A DNA stretch of 63,231 bases, filler included, from Hyphochytrium catenoides (taxonomy: Eukaryota; Protista; Hyphochytriomycota), in assembly GCA_900088475.1 (NCBI GenBank). It is 10 parts of 10 records of this genome, joined end to end, with 100 filler letters (N's around TTAATTAATTAA, not from the genome) between each part and the next. Parts side by side here need not be neighbours in the genome. Positions count along the whole stretch, not along the records: positions 13,037 to 33,623 come from FLMG01000457.1; 9 more parts are not named here. The stretch is one strand, 5' to 3'. Shown in pieces: positions 13,136 to 26,206 of the stretch. The position numbers and the translations under genes are program-made. Numbering within the stretch: position 1 is the stretch's first letter; each line of letters opens with the position of its first letter. The notes under the pieces were generated by a model. That model searched no databases. It saw nothing but the letters and a program-made list of their open reading frames with translations, and was not told where the DNA came from.

Positions 13136-14593
13136 CTCTTCTCTCTCTCTTTCCCTTGTAATCCAACCTGATATTTCAAAGCCCCTGATGCACAGCTTCT
13201 GCTGTCTTCTTCTCTTCTCTCTCACATCTTCTACTACGGCCGCCGGCCCCTAGTGCACCAACTCTAGTCAACCGTTGCTGCTGAGAGGCCATGAGCAAGA
13301 GGAATCACCTGCTGGTTCATTCTTTCGGACCCACTTCAAAGCTCCATTGTCTCCTATTCTTCAGCATAAGCTTGGATCATCAGGGGCAGAGCAGGAGAGA
13401 GCAGAGAAAGGGAGAGCCTGCTTCGCGAGTGCGCCATCTCTCGGAGGGAATAAGAGAAGGAAAGAACAGGGAATAGGGCGTTCTCCTTCAAAGCTTATCT
13501 GTTTTTTCTCTTCTCTGACTTTAGTTAGGAGCACGTGGTTCTGGTCTGTCATCGACCAGAGAGGAGCCGATGGAGCAATAAAGTTACACGCTGTCCAAAA
13601 GGTGGCCATCTCTTTCATGTCTTGGCTCGGTGAATCGATTTTGTCATATCTATGGTCTCTTCATCGTTGCTGCTGCGGACAGCAACACCGCGTCTTTCCT
13701 TCTGCTTGCTCGCTTCTGCTCTTCTCATCAATAAAGAGAACCCAAAGTGCATTGCTACTTCGACGACCCTTCATTTTTATCAGCAGCTCGTCGTCTTCGT
13801 CCACTTTTATCTTTGTTGGGAAGAAGAGAAAGCCGGCTTTTTGGAGCGACTAGCAGACGTCATTAGAAGGCAGGAGCCATTCCTAGGCGACAGGGGGTAA
13901 GAAGATCATCGAGGAAGAGTGGAGATATCATCAAGATGCACTGGTTGGGAAGACTAGTGATTATTCCTTTAAATGCCCAGTCTCCCTGCTGTCTAGAGTA
14001 GAGTATTGAGCACACCAAACAGCCAGGAGGTCAAAGAGAGCGATGTCACCTTCATAGATCAACAGAGAGGATCCTGCCTGTCTGCTGGCCTTAGCTTATT
14101 TAACGTCAAACATCTACTGCACCTTTCCTTTGTTGGCAGTGAACACTTCGTATGGTTGAACGCTGCTGGACGCAGCTGAGGAAGTGGTAGGATGAATACT
14201 CGCTGCTCGTCCGATATAGCGAGCTACCCAGGCGGCGAGGCCGCTGTGAGCGGGAATATTGTTGTCCTAACAGTTCAGGTGGACTCCGGAGGCACTTGAA
14301 GTTCCTCATCATCATCGCGCAAGGCCAAGTACTACGAGCCATTATGAGGGAAGTAAGCGAAGTCTTAAGTGATAGTAGCAGCTTTTGTCAAGGAAGAGAA
14401 GAACGGGAAACAAGGACCCATGACAGTGCTTCATGATATTAATACAGACTGAATGTAGTGAAGCTAAGCTACTCTATCGCTCGGACATCTAGGGACTGGG
14501 TCTTCTCGCCCTGCTGCTTCTTGCAGAGGAGCTGGGTGAGAAAGTAGAAGCATGCTGGTGGCTCATCGTCGCCATTTTACCGACTGGACTGGG

Positions 14594-16039
14594 CTATGAG
14601 CGCCTGTTAAGGATAAACTGCAAGTCACTCTTTTTACCCTCAGCCTTGCTATGTGAGTGTGCGGAAGTAGGTGAGGTGCCGCCATCTCCAGGTTGCTGAT
14701 ACCTGCTGGATGGTGACGACAGAGATATAGGTTCCACTCGTCGAGTCTGCAGCTGATGTGGCTCTTCGGACGATGGAAGGAAAGGTTCACCCTTGCTGCT
14801 TAGTCGTAAACGCTGCAGCTGCGTATTGGCACGGAGCAGGAGTTGCTTATCTTGACTGGGCTTGCCCTCTACCACTAGAGGCGGCGGCCAGATCTTTGCG
14901 CTGTCAGATAGCAAAGGCGACTGCGGTGGCCAGCTTGGGCTGCTCACTTCAACCCTGGGGCACCTGCAACTACCGGGACCTTCTGTCGTGCACTGTGCAG
15001 TCGGAGGTACCGTTAAAGACAGGTTCCAGTTGGTAGCTGCGGGCATTTGATGTGCAACCATTTGAAGCTGCGGTGAGCCGCGCAAGAGCGTGTCCTCAAG
15101 ACTCCCGTGGTCAGTCTCATTGCCTTGACAGTATCGCATGCCAGTAGGTAGGAGAGCTTGATTCTGGCCTGCCAGGTCATGCTGAATAGATGTACGGGCC
15201 TGCGAGGGCATGAAGGATGAAAAGGTCTCTTCCTTAGACCCTGAGCTGTCCGCTGAGAGGTACGGCCTTGTTGGCGACGCCGTCTGGATCCCGCGCATCG
15301 CTGATCCTTTCTTTCCTGAAGCTGGGCGAGATTTAGCACCTCCCGCCCGTAAATACGTCGCCCCATGTGCCTTGCACATTCCGCCTCTCTGTGCATACTT
15401 CTCACAAGCAGCAATCTTGCAGCGACTGCGCTTACGCTTGGCCCCGTGTGCGATGCAGATGCCGCCACTGACGGCGCGGTTATCGCAGCTGGCTACTCTG
15501 CAGTGGTAGATTGGGACCTTAGCACCATGAGATACGCAGACCCCTCCACTCTGAGCATATTTTGAGCACTCAGGCACACGGCACTTCTTCTGGTGATTGA
15601 ACTTAGCCGTTCTTACGCTAGCCATCTCCGCTGCTGCCCCACCTCCCCCAAGAGCTCCTGGTTGGAAGGTTGGAGACTGAGGAGGAAGGCCGGGAGACCT
15701 TCTTGAGCTGGTAGAGGACGAAGGAGAGGTGCCAGCAGCTAATGATATGGGAGAGGGAGAACCACCTGTAAAGGGACGAAGCGGGCTATACAGCGGAGTA
15801 GGAGGATGGTCCACATGTCTCAGCGTACCGCTATTCATGGCCAAGATAGCTACCGAAGGAGCCATGGTCGGGCGCGTACCAGAGGAGGCAGTAGAAGCTG
15901 TGAGCTCGGCTTTCCCAGCCTGACCTGTAGAGATAGACACCGCGCTATTAAGCTCGGACTTGGTGGACGAGGGTCGTAAGATTGGGTTTGCCTTCTGTTG
16001 CTGTTCTTCAGATGAAGAAGGACGTGGCGCTCTCGACAT
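14594..16039 (-). CDS. WRKY19-like Cys/His zinc-finger repeat protein (putative transcription factor), intronless
   Basis: Three C-x4-C-x8-C-x2-HG repeats (CRVPECSKYAQSGGVCVSHG, CRVASCDNRAVSGGICIAHG, CKIAACEKYAQRGGMCKAHG) sit in an S/P-rich protein; first ATG at 16039. Confidence 0.85.
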   Translation of the reverse strand: MSRAPRPSSSEEQQQKANPILRPSSTKSELNSAVSISTGQAGKAELTASTASSGTRPTMAPSVAILAMNSGTLRHVDHPPTPLYSPLRPFTGGSPSPISLAAGTSPSSSTSSRRSPGLPPQSPTFQPGALGGGGAAAEMASVRTAKFNHQKKCRVPECSKYAQSGGVCVSHGAKVPIYHCRVASCDNRAVSGGICIAHGAKRKRSRCKIAACEKYAQRGGMCKAHGATYLRAGGAKSRPASGKKGSAMRGIQTASPTRPYLSADSSGSKEETFSSFMPSQARTSIQHDLAGQNQALLPTGMRYCQGNETDHGSLEDTLLRGSPQLQMVAHQMPAATNWNLSLTVPPTAQCTTEGPGSCRCPRVEVSSPSWPPQSPLLSDSAKIWPPPLVVEGKPSQDKQLLLRANTQLQRLRLSSKGEPFLPSSEEPHQLQTRRVEPISLSSPSSRYQQPGDGGTSPTSAHSHSKAEGKKSDLQFILNRRS

Positions 16040-16627
16040 CCCTGTCACGAGGCATACGAAGCTCGAACACGCCTACTGTTGGCGCGAAACTTCAGAGTGC
16101 CTCTTCTTAGTAGATACGCAGAGAGGAGAAGAGCAGATGAAGCGTCATCGGTGTGCTGTCAAACAGCAGCAACCGCGAAGAAGAAAAAGACGGGTAGAGG
16201 CACCGGAAGCTTCATGGAGGCGCTTTGACCGTAGGAATAGATGAAGCTGACGACGATTACAAGGCGCTTGCGGGTGGGGCTGCGCTGCTGGGCGAAGTCT
16301 AACCCTTGATCTTCGTTGTACATCAGACCTCGGGACAGTCCTCACAGCTCACCAGAAAGCGTCTCCTGCAGAGGAAGAGAAGGGGGATTGGATGATTGCT
16401 TCAGCCTTATAGGTCGTGCCTGGTAGAAGAGAAGAGACGGAGGGGAGGGGAAGAGAAACTTGATGCACATGTGTCCTCGCTGCGGTCTGGTTGTATGATT
16501 GCAGTGGACTAGCCGAGAGACAGAGTGGCTCTTTGACGAGACAGAGCGGGCAAGAGGTAGAAGGACATGGGACTAGTACGATCACACCAAAGCCCGTGTT
16601 CGGGCAACATAATGATGGCGAGAGAGG

Positions 16628-16671
<44 letters not shown>

Positions 16672-19365
16672 GAAAGGGGGAACTGGACAGGGTAAGAACC
16701 TTGAGGGACCGAACCAGAGCTTCTGAGAGACAGAGACAGAGGGAAAGAACACGCGCGCAAGAGAGGGACAGAGAGAGAGAGAAAGGAAGAGAGAAAGAGA
16801 GAGACAGACAGAGAGAGAGAGAGAAAGAGAGAGAGCGAGCGAGAGAGAGAGAGAGAGAGAGAGAGTAGATGAAATAACGAAGCTTCATCTATTTTCCTCT
16901 TTTCCTTATTACCAAAAGGAGTAAGGAGGGAAGAAGATGATGTCTCTTCCCTCGCCCAAAAAGATCGACCACAATGGAGCCACAGCCTTCCTCCTCCTCT
17001 GCCGCACCAACAGGCCGTCAGAGGGCCATAGTTAAAACTAATCCTATACCGCCTTCTAGCAGTTCTACACCAAGCGCCTTCCATTCTTACCCGATAATAC
17101 ACCGCATCGGTGTTGAAGGCCGCCATTGCCTCTGCGCTCCTGTGTCCCTGATCTTTTTCCGGCTGTCCGCCAGCATCAAGAAGTTGAACTTCCAAGTGGG
17201 CAAGCGAACGATCAAGGCTCGGGTGACCGCGCCATCAAACCATCACCCACCCGCCCTCGGGTTAGGTTGTTAGGCCTAAAACATTTAGGTCTAAGGGCTT
17301 ACGAATAGGTCTAAGTCTCTCACACACCCACCCTCTCTCGATCAGAATGACCAGTCAGATCATGAATGTGGATAAACAGATTTCAGAATCTATGGTACCC
17401 CGGCTGTGAATATTAGGCATAAGGTACCATTTAATCCTTGAACTGAGGATGGGTGGGAACGTCATGCTTCGTACTTCAACAATTCGTACGATTACCTCTA
17501 GAGTAATAGATTCTTTAGACCTGGGGGCGGATGGGTGACGAATGGGCGTTACAGTCCCATCGAGCAAGCGGTTAGCGGCTATCTTTATGTCCTGCTTCAA
17601 CCATTCCCAAGATGCGAGGACTTTTTTTAAGCCTGTGTTAATATCAGGGTAGGGCACCCTCATAGTAGGTCTACGAGGATGTACGAGGCAAAGAGGTTGA
17701 AAGTTCAAGCTCCGCCATGGCATTCACTGAGACTGCTGCTGACCTCTAAGAGTGCCATCGTTCGGTCTTCTTCTCCTCTCGTCGCTAGTAGGCAGACCTT
17801 CTTCTTCCTCGTCCCTCCGCTCCGGCGGCGCAAAGTTTGTCCCACCTTTGAGAGCTCGTGTGACTGATGCTGCTGTTGATGGATAGAACCTCCACTTCAT
17901 AACACAAAGAAGATGATGCAATGGGAGGAGTTAAAGATGGCAAGTGCTCTAACCTTATTGATGTGTATGATACTACATATTGTAGAGTGCGAAGGAAGGA
18001 ACTGTAGACCAACATCCATCGGCCCAGGAAGAATATGGAACTCTGAATCTCTTGGGAAATATGCCGAAGTCCGGCAACGTGTCATGCTAGTGTACCTTAT
18101 AGTGGCTATTGCTTCCTAGTAGGAAAACTGCTACATCGTAACAACTTTTCTTCCTCTTTCCTTTCTAGTGCTGTGTAGTAAGTATGGCGATCATGATGGG
18201 TAGTAATAATTGACTCCTTTTCTGCTATGGAGAAGAAACGCCAACCAAATGACTGTTACGACTCGTAGTGACCAGGCACTCGCCGTCCTGCACAGTTGAG
18301 CGCAAGCATGGACGTTCTTCTCTTGTACTTCTGTTTGTGGGTGATTTTATTGAAGTCAGTCACACTCACTAACACTGCCTGTCAGTAAAGCCAATCCAGA
18401 GGAGGAACAATGTCACGTCTCACAATTGGCTTTTTTGGCCATTTTCCTTGCAGCAGTCCCTTGATTGGAATAGCACCACATGACAGTAAATGTAAGAGAC
18501 CTATGAAGTGTCCGTGTCACTCCTCCATGATCAACTCGACCCAGAACCTTGAGGAAAGTGCCGAAAAGATTTTATGGTCCTATGAGCCCCTGATTGCATA
18601 TATCGTTCAATCAGAGGAGCCTGTTCGTGATAGAATCACATCTACACGCGCCTGGCTCTTTGGAAGGAGTTTTTCTGACTCGTCATCTGAACTTCTCGGT
18701 CATCCAGTGGCGTCTCAAGAAAGGTTAGATGAAAGCGCGCAGAGGCTGCAATATGATGAACTTGAGGTTCTTGTCCTCGCTCCACTCTTCCAAGGGTTCT
18801 GTGTTGAAGATAGATGTATGCGAGTTTAGCCTTCTTATAAGCAATCTCTAAAATACGAATCGACGTAGTATCGACGGAAGGGCTTGTAGTCCCTTTTACT
18901 TTCCTAGGACCTTCGCATGAACGCAGCAGGAAGCAGTGGCATAGCAGCCACCCTGTGCGAATCGACCATGGCTGAGCACCTTCGCTGTTGCTCTTGAGCT
19001 CGACTTCAGTTAGAATTGTCAGTCAGGCTTGTCTCCTCCTGTTTGCACGGCTTTAAGGCCTTTCCTTAGATCGTAATAACGATCGGCCAACGGCACCTCA
19101 ATTGTAGAGCTGTCATACAGTTTGCTGGCATTTGTCTCGGAGAGGTGGAGCTCCTACGCCGAAACCGGGGGAACTGCGTGGTGGTTGTCGGCAACAGCGC
19201 GCTAGATCGCGTGCCTTGCGTGTGTTGGGGCTCACTCAAACCAGAAATCTCGAGCGAGGGGCTAACATCAGTGGACACTCCTGTTCTGCCATTGGGTAAC
19301 CACTTAACGGGCCAGCAGGCAACAAGTACGTGCTTGCGGGGGAGGCTCCTCCGCACTCCCCTTGG

Positions 19366-20277
19366 TTAGGAGTCCAGCAGGTCAAAGGGATTGCCTGAGT
19401 ACTGCTTCAGCACGCTCTGCCGCTTCACCGACTGCTTGTCCTTAATAGATCCTCTGACACCCACTCCATCGTGAACTGCACGCTCTCTGTTCAACCAACA
19501 AAGTACCGTCTCCGAGGGTCGAAGCCCTGGAATGGCCTTTCTTCCTTCTGCAATGGCCTTTCTAAAATAGCCCTTCTTCTTCTTAACTTCTGTGAATTGA
19601 CTGAAGAGATTGGCAGGGCGATGAGCTGTCCGAGGCCTGTCCTCCTCCTCGGGGAGCGCGTTCCAGTCCTCAATGAACTTGTTCCAAAGTTCGTGCACCC
19701 CTTGTACGCTGCGGCATGACACTAAGAGCCACTCGAGAAAGGCAATATCAGTAGGACCTTCCGAGCCGCGCAGTTTACCACCTATTCGAAGCTTTAATCT
19801 TTCCTTTCTCTCCTTCTCTTTCTCCCGCTTCTGCAATATCTCGGCCTTCTTTTGGGCTAATGTTGCCTGCTTCTTCGCCTCCTCGTCTAGTTGTCGCTTC
19901 TGACGTTTGGCAACTCGCTGTTCCATCTTCAAAGACCTGGACATTGCCGCTTCAACTAAGGCAGGAGAAGTTTCTGTATCTTCTGTTTCTTTGGAAGAAC
20001 TGAACGGAGCCGTAGTCTCATCAGCCGAACTTGGGTCAATAACAGCCTGGTCGACCGCAGTCACCTTCCCTACAAGTTTGTCCACAAGAGACTGCATCGA
20101 CTCATCATCGTCTCTCATCTTTGGAGCGGTAATCGACATCCTTCTCATGGTGCCATCATTTCCCTCTTTGTCTCCTTTCAGGTTGTTCGGGCGCTTCCTT
20201 TTACGGCTGGGGCTCTTATTGTCATGGCCAGGCTCATGCGCTTTCATCGCCTTCTTCTTCTGCCCCTTGTTGACCAT
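19366..20277 (-). CDS. Intronless 303-aa hypothetical protein (basic NLS-like stretches, coiled coil, weak Myb/SANT-like segment); possibly the 5' part of a decayed longer ORF
   Basis: ATG-initiated non-repetitive ORF containing SRKRKRP, a K/E-rich helix and LWNKFIEDWN...RTA...LFSQFTEVKKK. The frame reopens directly after the TAA (ORF 19066-19356 is in the same frame). Confidence 0.5.
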   Translation of the reverse strand: MVNKGQKKKAMKAHEPGHDNKSPSRKRKRPNNLKGDKEGNDGTMRRMSITAPKMRDDDESMQSLVDKLVGKVTAVDQAVIDPSSADETTAPFSSSKETEDTETSPALVEAAMSRSLKMEQRVAKRQKRQLDEEAKKQATLAQKKAEILQKREKEKERKERLKLRIGGKLRGSEGPTDIAFLEWLLVSCRSVQGVHELWNKFIEDWNALPEEEDRPRTAHRPANLFSQFTEVKKKKGYFRKAIAEGRKAIPGLRPSETVLCWLNRERAVHDGVGVRGSIKDKQSVKRQSVLKQYSGNPFDLLDS

Positions 20278-21177
20278 CGGGTCGTGACTACCTTATGACT
20301 GCAGCTCGATACTAATTATCTATAGTCGGCCCAACAGACGATTGAGACCTTCAGAAGCTCCAAAGTAATCTTCTACACTGGGCCCGGCGGGAAGCTTGTG
20401 ACCCTTCAGAAGCTCTTGTTGAGCCGACAATAAATCTGCAGAGCTCAGAAAGATTCCATAAGATGATCAGGAGCTTCCAACAATTCTCAAGAGATGAGTG
20501 GTGCCCGCAATAAAATCAGAAGGAATACTATAAATATGATAATCATACCTTGAAAGTCTTTGATTCAACCAATGATTTGGACTTTTCTGGTTTTCTTTCC
20601 GCAAAACTTGTTCTCCTCTCTCCTCTCTCTCCTCTCTCCTCTCTCTCTGTCTTTTTGTGGGCGGTTAAGGCCTTAGGTCTCTTCGCTCGCCGCTTTTTGC
20701 GCCACATCAAAGCTTTTTGTTACAGAGTCTTCAGATATTGATTTGCGGCAGAGGCGCCATTGTAAATCCCGCCTCTCTGTCTCTTGGCTAAGTCCGCGCA
20801 CCATCGGTCAGCGTTCGCCGCTAGGGACTCTATGAACGCATACTACAGTCCACCTTTAGCCTTTGGTTTAGAGGCATAGGGAAAACGAACTCGATCTTTG
20901 TGAAGACCCTCCGCATCTTTGCAAGGTGCGGATTAGGTCCACCCTCTAGTTCTGTTTGCCAGCCAACTTATTAGACCTAGGTAACAGCCAGTGGAATAGT
21001 CACTGTAGTTCTGAGGTGTCAGGTCTCACCATCCCGCATCCGACATTATTAGCAGACAAGCCACGGAAGGAGGAGTGAAGGTCAAAGACGGCTCCATACA
21101 GTCTTGATCCTCACTAGTAGAAGGGCCACTTTGTTGAGAGAGAGACTGCTATTTGGTTATGGTTTACTAGCGACAGA

Positions 21178-22841
21178 ATGCAGTCTTCGCTGACAGATTC
21201 GAACCCACCAGTTTCTGGCGATGTACCTATCAATGGGCAGAATCGAGGTTCTATCACCCACCAGAGGCCAAGGAAGATGAAAAGGTCTCATAACCAGATA
21301 GTAGGCAGCAGCAATGAGAACACACGCTTGGTGTCAAGTGCAGGAGATAACGCATCTAAGCCAGAAGCAAAACGGCGAAAGCAAAGCCGTGCCGAGCGGC
21401 AGTCCGGCGAAAGTGTCAGTGGGCCATCTACCCAGGTCCTGCTGACGGAAGATGACCCCATGAAGGGGGTTGAGCAGTCAAAGTCGGCACAGCCTTCTCA
21501 AGCTAGCCGTGATTTGGCAGCGCATGAACTGCAAACAAACCCAGCTCGGCAAGAGGTTTGGAAAGCGGTAAGTTGGCCCTCTCTTTTTAAAGCTTCAGTA
21601 GGCAGCTGATGGGATCTTCGTGCATCAATTCTTATCCTTCTAGCTCGGTGAGGAGCTGATGTGCTCGATATGCCAGGACATTATGGCAGCAACGCATACG
21701 ATTGATTGTGGTAAGTGCCAAGCAAACGTGTTAATCAGTATGTTGTGACCCTGTCTGCTATATGAATGCGAACCACGCATCTCAGCAACACGATCATCTT
21801 TTGACCTGATTCTTCTCGGTCTGTGTGTTTCCGATAGGTCATTCCTTCTGCGGTTTCTGTATAGGAAAGTGGCGACAATTCAAGCAGCCCACGGTGTGTC
21901 CAACGTGCCGAAAGAACTTCAGTTCGATGGTTCCCTCTCACGTTATAGATAAAACGATTACGCATATGATAGAATATAGCAAGGCTCTCACTCCTGAGGA
22001 AGTTCAGGAATGGAAGGCAAGGAAGGAAAAGTGGTCAAAAGAAGGAACAAGTCTTGTGGCGCAAAAGCCGTTGCCTGCTGCGACTGGGGACGCGCATCAC
22101 AATCTCTATCAGCATCACCACTATGAGGAAGACGAAGACAGCGAAGACTCGGACATCTTCTTCCCTGGACACATTAGTAGTTTCTTTTCAGGGTTAGGGG
22201 GCTTGATGCTCATTTCGGAATTCCTGAGCGATAGATCACAAATGTCTGGTAGTTCTGTCCCGTTCAGCTTTTCAGCCTCTGTGGGACAAGGATTTATGGA
22301 GGACTCTGACTCTAGTGATGAAGATGGTTTTGACCGTTATCACGCCATCTTCGGTGGAAGCTTTGACTCAGGGCACACAGCACTGGCAGAAGGGCGAGAT
22401 CGTGCACCTCGACAACGTACAGGTCATAGAAGGCCAAGGAACAGGGGAGGGCGAGGAAGAGAAGGACGGCAAGGGAATGTTGGAGCTTCTGAAAGGCGCT
22501 CATCAACCAGGCCGACGGGTTCAAGGTCACCCCGGGCTCAACCTCCCCAGGAGCCACGGCCGACGCAAAGCGGCCAACACTCCTCCTACTGCCCTCGGCA
22601 TCCACCGGACCATCTTCCATCGGGCACACAGCCGCAGTCACAGGCTGCTACTGGAACCGCCGTGCATCCCAGCAGTGCATCTAGGACTAGCAGTGGTGGT
22701 AGCCGTAGGAGTAGCAGCCAAGTAAATGCGCGTTTGAACGACACTGCAGGCAGACGACAGGGCGGCGCCAGGAGTGTGGGGAGACCTGCAGGTGCTAACA
22801 GCTCTAATAGCGGAAGGGATGACCATCATCGGAGAAAGTAA
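21178..22841 (+). CDS. RING-HC E3 ubiquitin ligase-like protein (RNF8/CHFR-type RING), 3 exons
   Basis: Splicing gives VWKA|LGEELMCSICQDIMAATHTIDC|GHSFCGFCIGKWRQFKQPTVCPTCRKNF...HVIDKTITHMIE. This is a complete C3HC4 RING with disordered flanks and canonical gtaag/tag junctions. Confidence 0.9.
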
Positions 22842-23170
22842 GGACGACAATGCTCTGGAGGACGCGAGTGGGACTAGGCCTTTCTTCCATGGCGATATCT
22901 CTCTCAAGCTCTACCACAGGCCCAGAGTTCTCTTTGATCTCTGGTCCTTGCCTGCACTCTGGTCGTTTCTCCTTCCTTCCTTTTCAAAATAACCCATTGG
23001 ATAAGTCCACTAACTCAGGCTGGCTTGAACAGAATCTTTACCACCTCCAGCGGTCATCGGCTCTTGCTTTCCTTTACTCCTGACTGAATTACTAAATAAA
23101 TAGAGAAGCGGCACCGCCTCTTTCTCGCAAACATCCTTACGCTTTCTGCAGTGGCTCTCCAACCGCTATA

Positions 23171-26100
23171 CTACGGCGATGCCTCTTCTGGAAAGTTGTG
23201 TCGCGATTTGTACCAGTCCAGTAAGTTCTCTAAGACCTCCGTGACGGTCATAGCCATCGGCGTAGAGAACTTTACTCCTTGGGAAAAGTTCAGTATGACT
23301 CCTTGGACGTCTGCTAGGGCGACTAGCTCTAGAAAGATGGGCGTTGGGAGCACGTAAGGCCCCCATGGACGAAACTTGAAAGCAAATCGGGGCGAGTCTC
23401 GCAGTTGGAGGAGACACCCTACAGGCTGCACCTGATATGGCAGTGTCAGTCACTATTGAAGAGAAAGCTCTCAGAGGAGAAAGGAAGGACTAGATCGTGC
23501 TCGAGAGAGCTTGAGAGCTTAGGTGCGGCATTTCGGGTCAGTCTGTCCGCTTACTTCGGGCGATTATGTTCCTTACCTCTTTGTTTGCTATGCCTAGAGA
23601 CACAATCGGCTGTGGAGTCCTCTGAAAAGATTTTGATGCTTGCATGAAGGGGCCCGGGAAAGGCTCTGAGTCACAATCGTCGCCCGCATTATATAATATC
23701 TCGTCTATGATAGCTATCCCTTCTCGTACAACCTCATCTGCCTCCGCTTCAGACCGCAGCTTTAGATAACGGAGCTGAGTGGACCACAGTCTGCGCAACA
23801 AAGGTCTCCATGAGTCCCAGCAGCTGAGAACAAGGTTATCCGTTGTAGACTTACCTCGGCAGGGGGATGTAGTTCACTATATGCTGAAACACCAGACCGG
23901 GCAGATGGAGAACTTTCGCCAGCAGTTCACCTAGCTGTTGATAGTTCCTTTCTTTTACAGTGGAGAGCTGCGGTACACAGGTGGATCGGGGGAGTAAGAA
24001 CATTGAGTATGGAAGGACACCATTTGTGAGACCACTGAAGCCTTACGAACCTTGGCACGTCCCTGTGACAGCAAAATGCTAAGCTTTACTAGGGTGAAGG
24101 ATCGGCGAGCTCTTGATGCTTGTCTCATCAGAGCTATCTGGCGCTGTAGAGTTGGTTAGATATGCTGCAAATGAGGAAGTGGTACCCAAGACTCCTCTGT
24201 ACCTCCTGTGTCAGTAGCGGAAGCAAGTTGTTGTACCCTCGCCTCATCGCTGAATCCCGCGCAGTCTTCCTCCGTTCCTGGAAGGCACCGAGATGATTAA
24301 TAAACAATAAGGATTGACTGCTGGTGACATCCTTACATCTGTCTTATAAATATCAGCACCAGCGGTGACAAGAACGCGCACTGCTTCTTCATGTCCCCTC
24401 TTAGCTGCTAGCAGGAGGGCCGTACTGCCTTGCCGCTGAATAAAGCTATCAGTCAAAAGACAGGGAACTTCGGGATACACTTTCCAGAGGCAAACATACC
24501 GTCTGCATGTTCACATCCGCTCCGGTCCTTAAAAGCATCTCAGCGATAGCAGCGTGCCCTCTCTGGGCCGCCAGCATGAGCGCCGTCATTTTCTCTCCCT
24601 GGTCCGTGCAAATTTATACGGAGTAAGCTTTATGAAGTACCTATGACTCTATACTGCGAGAGGCTTACATTAGAGATGTTGGGATGAGCTCCTGCTGCTA
24701 GGAGAGCGCGGACGACCGCCACATGACCTTCTTGGGCAGCCCTCATTAGAGCAGTGGTTCCTGCCAATGGACAGGACAGTGAATGTATGTTCTCCGTATG
24801 AGACTATCGTAGGATCCCCTGGGCTTACCTTTCTGATTGCGGAAGTTAGGGTCGGCCCCTGTGTTAAGTAGAAGGACTACCAGCAATACATGCCCAAAAT
24901 GTGCTGCTGGTACAAGCGAAACCTACAATGTCATTTGTCAGAAAGCTTTGACACTCCCCAGAGCAACATCCAGCCGCAGTACTACTTACACTTCTAGAAT
25001 ACTTGCTTGAACCTGCCAGAATGAGTAATCTTGCGGCATTGAACATTCCTCTTTGTGCTGCCAATACCAGGGCAGAGTTGCCCTTCTCCTATATTACAAG
25101 TCGAAATGGTTAGTGGCGAAATAATGTGCGTGGAGACTCATGACCGTGCGTCTCCTTGTAATAGGCCTCACATTGGTAACGTTCACGTCTGCGCCGGCCA
25201 TCACCAGACGCTCCACGATCTCACAATGATCGTTCTTAGTAGCGAGCATCAAGGGTGTAAAGCCGTTGGCCTACGCAACCGTAAGTAAGTGAAAGAGGCA
25301 AATGTTAGTATTCGCCAACAACCTGAGCTAAGCACAGGACCAGATAGCAGTGCGAGGCAAAAGCCCAAGAGGCATTCTCATAAGCTGTTCCGCACGTACG
25401 TCTACTACATTCAGCCCCCGTCTTGTTCCCTTCTTCGTCTCGGAGTCTTGGAAGTCTAACCTTCCAGATGTTGTAACTCGAGTAGCTAAAGTGATCTCCT
25501 CCCTTACTGCAGGAGCTTCATCGTAATGTTCCAGCGATCGTTCTGGTGTGGAGCCCCAGTTTTCACTGTCGTCTGAAGACACAGAGGAGAACCGCCACAA
25601 AGATGGTGCACTTTGGTTCTCTTCCTGCGCCATCATACTATCTATACGTCTATCAAGGCCCCTAGATGCTGCAGGGTCTTGCTCTACCTCAAACAGAAGT
25701 CTCTCTCTGTCAACCGCCATAACTGTCTGAAAGGGGCGGCTATTCTCCCCCTGAAAATTTGAACAAGTCAGATGCCCGTCCCTGTCGATTCGCTTAGCTT
25801 TAATAAAGCGAAAGCATCGTGGATCTTACATTCTTGCTAGTTTGAGTGAAAACATTGCTTAAAGCAGGATCCTCCCCAGAGAGTGCCTCAACCGGGATGT
25901 TGACCAACTTCGCTATGCATAACTCCACTGCCGCTAAATCTCCATCTCGAGCCTTGTCACAGTACACTGAGCTAGGGGAACGAAAGATTACAATCATGAG
26001 GAGGAACACACCTTTGTAAGAAGTAGCTGTTCATAAGCGGCAAGGTCGATAATATCTTCGCCTTCGTCAGGAAGGTCGTCGACACCATCCCAATGCGCTT

Positions 26101-26206
26101 CCTCTACGGAACTATGCAAGTCACCCGGAGCATTCTCAGCTGAGATAGCTTGTAGTCCTGTACTCTGCAGCCTTGGGCGCTTTCTATTCGGCGACTGTCC
26201 CTCCAT
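23171..26206 (-). CDS. Multi-exon ankyrin-repeat protein
   Basis: Exons encode GNSALVLAAQRGMFNAARLLILAG, GTTALMRAAQEGHVAVVRALLAAGA, MTALMLAAQRGHAAIAEMLL and GSTALLLAAKRGHEEAVRVLVTAGAD. Introns are short GT-AG; the gene ends ...HNFPEEASP*. Confidence 0.88.
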
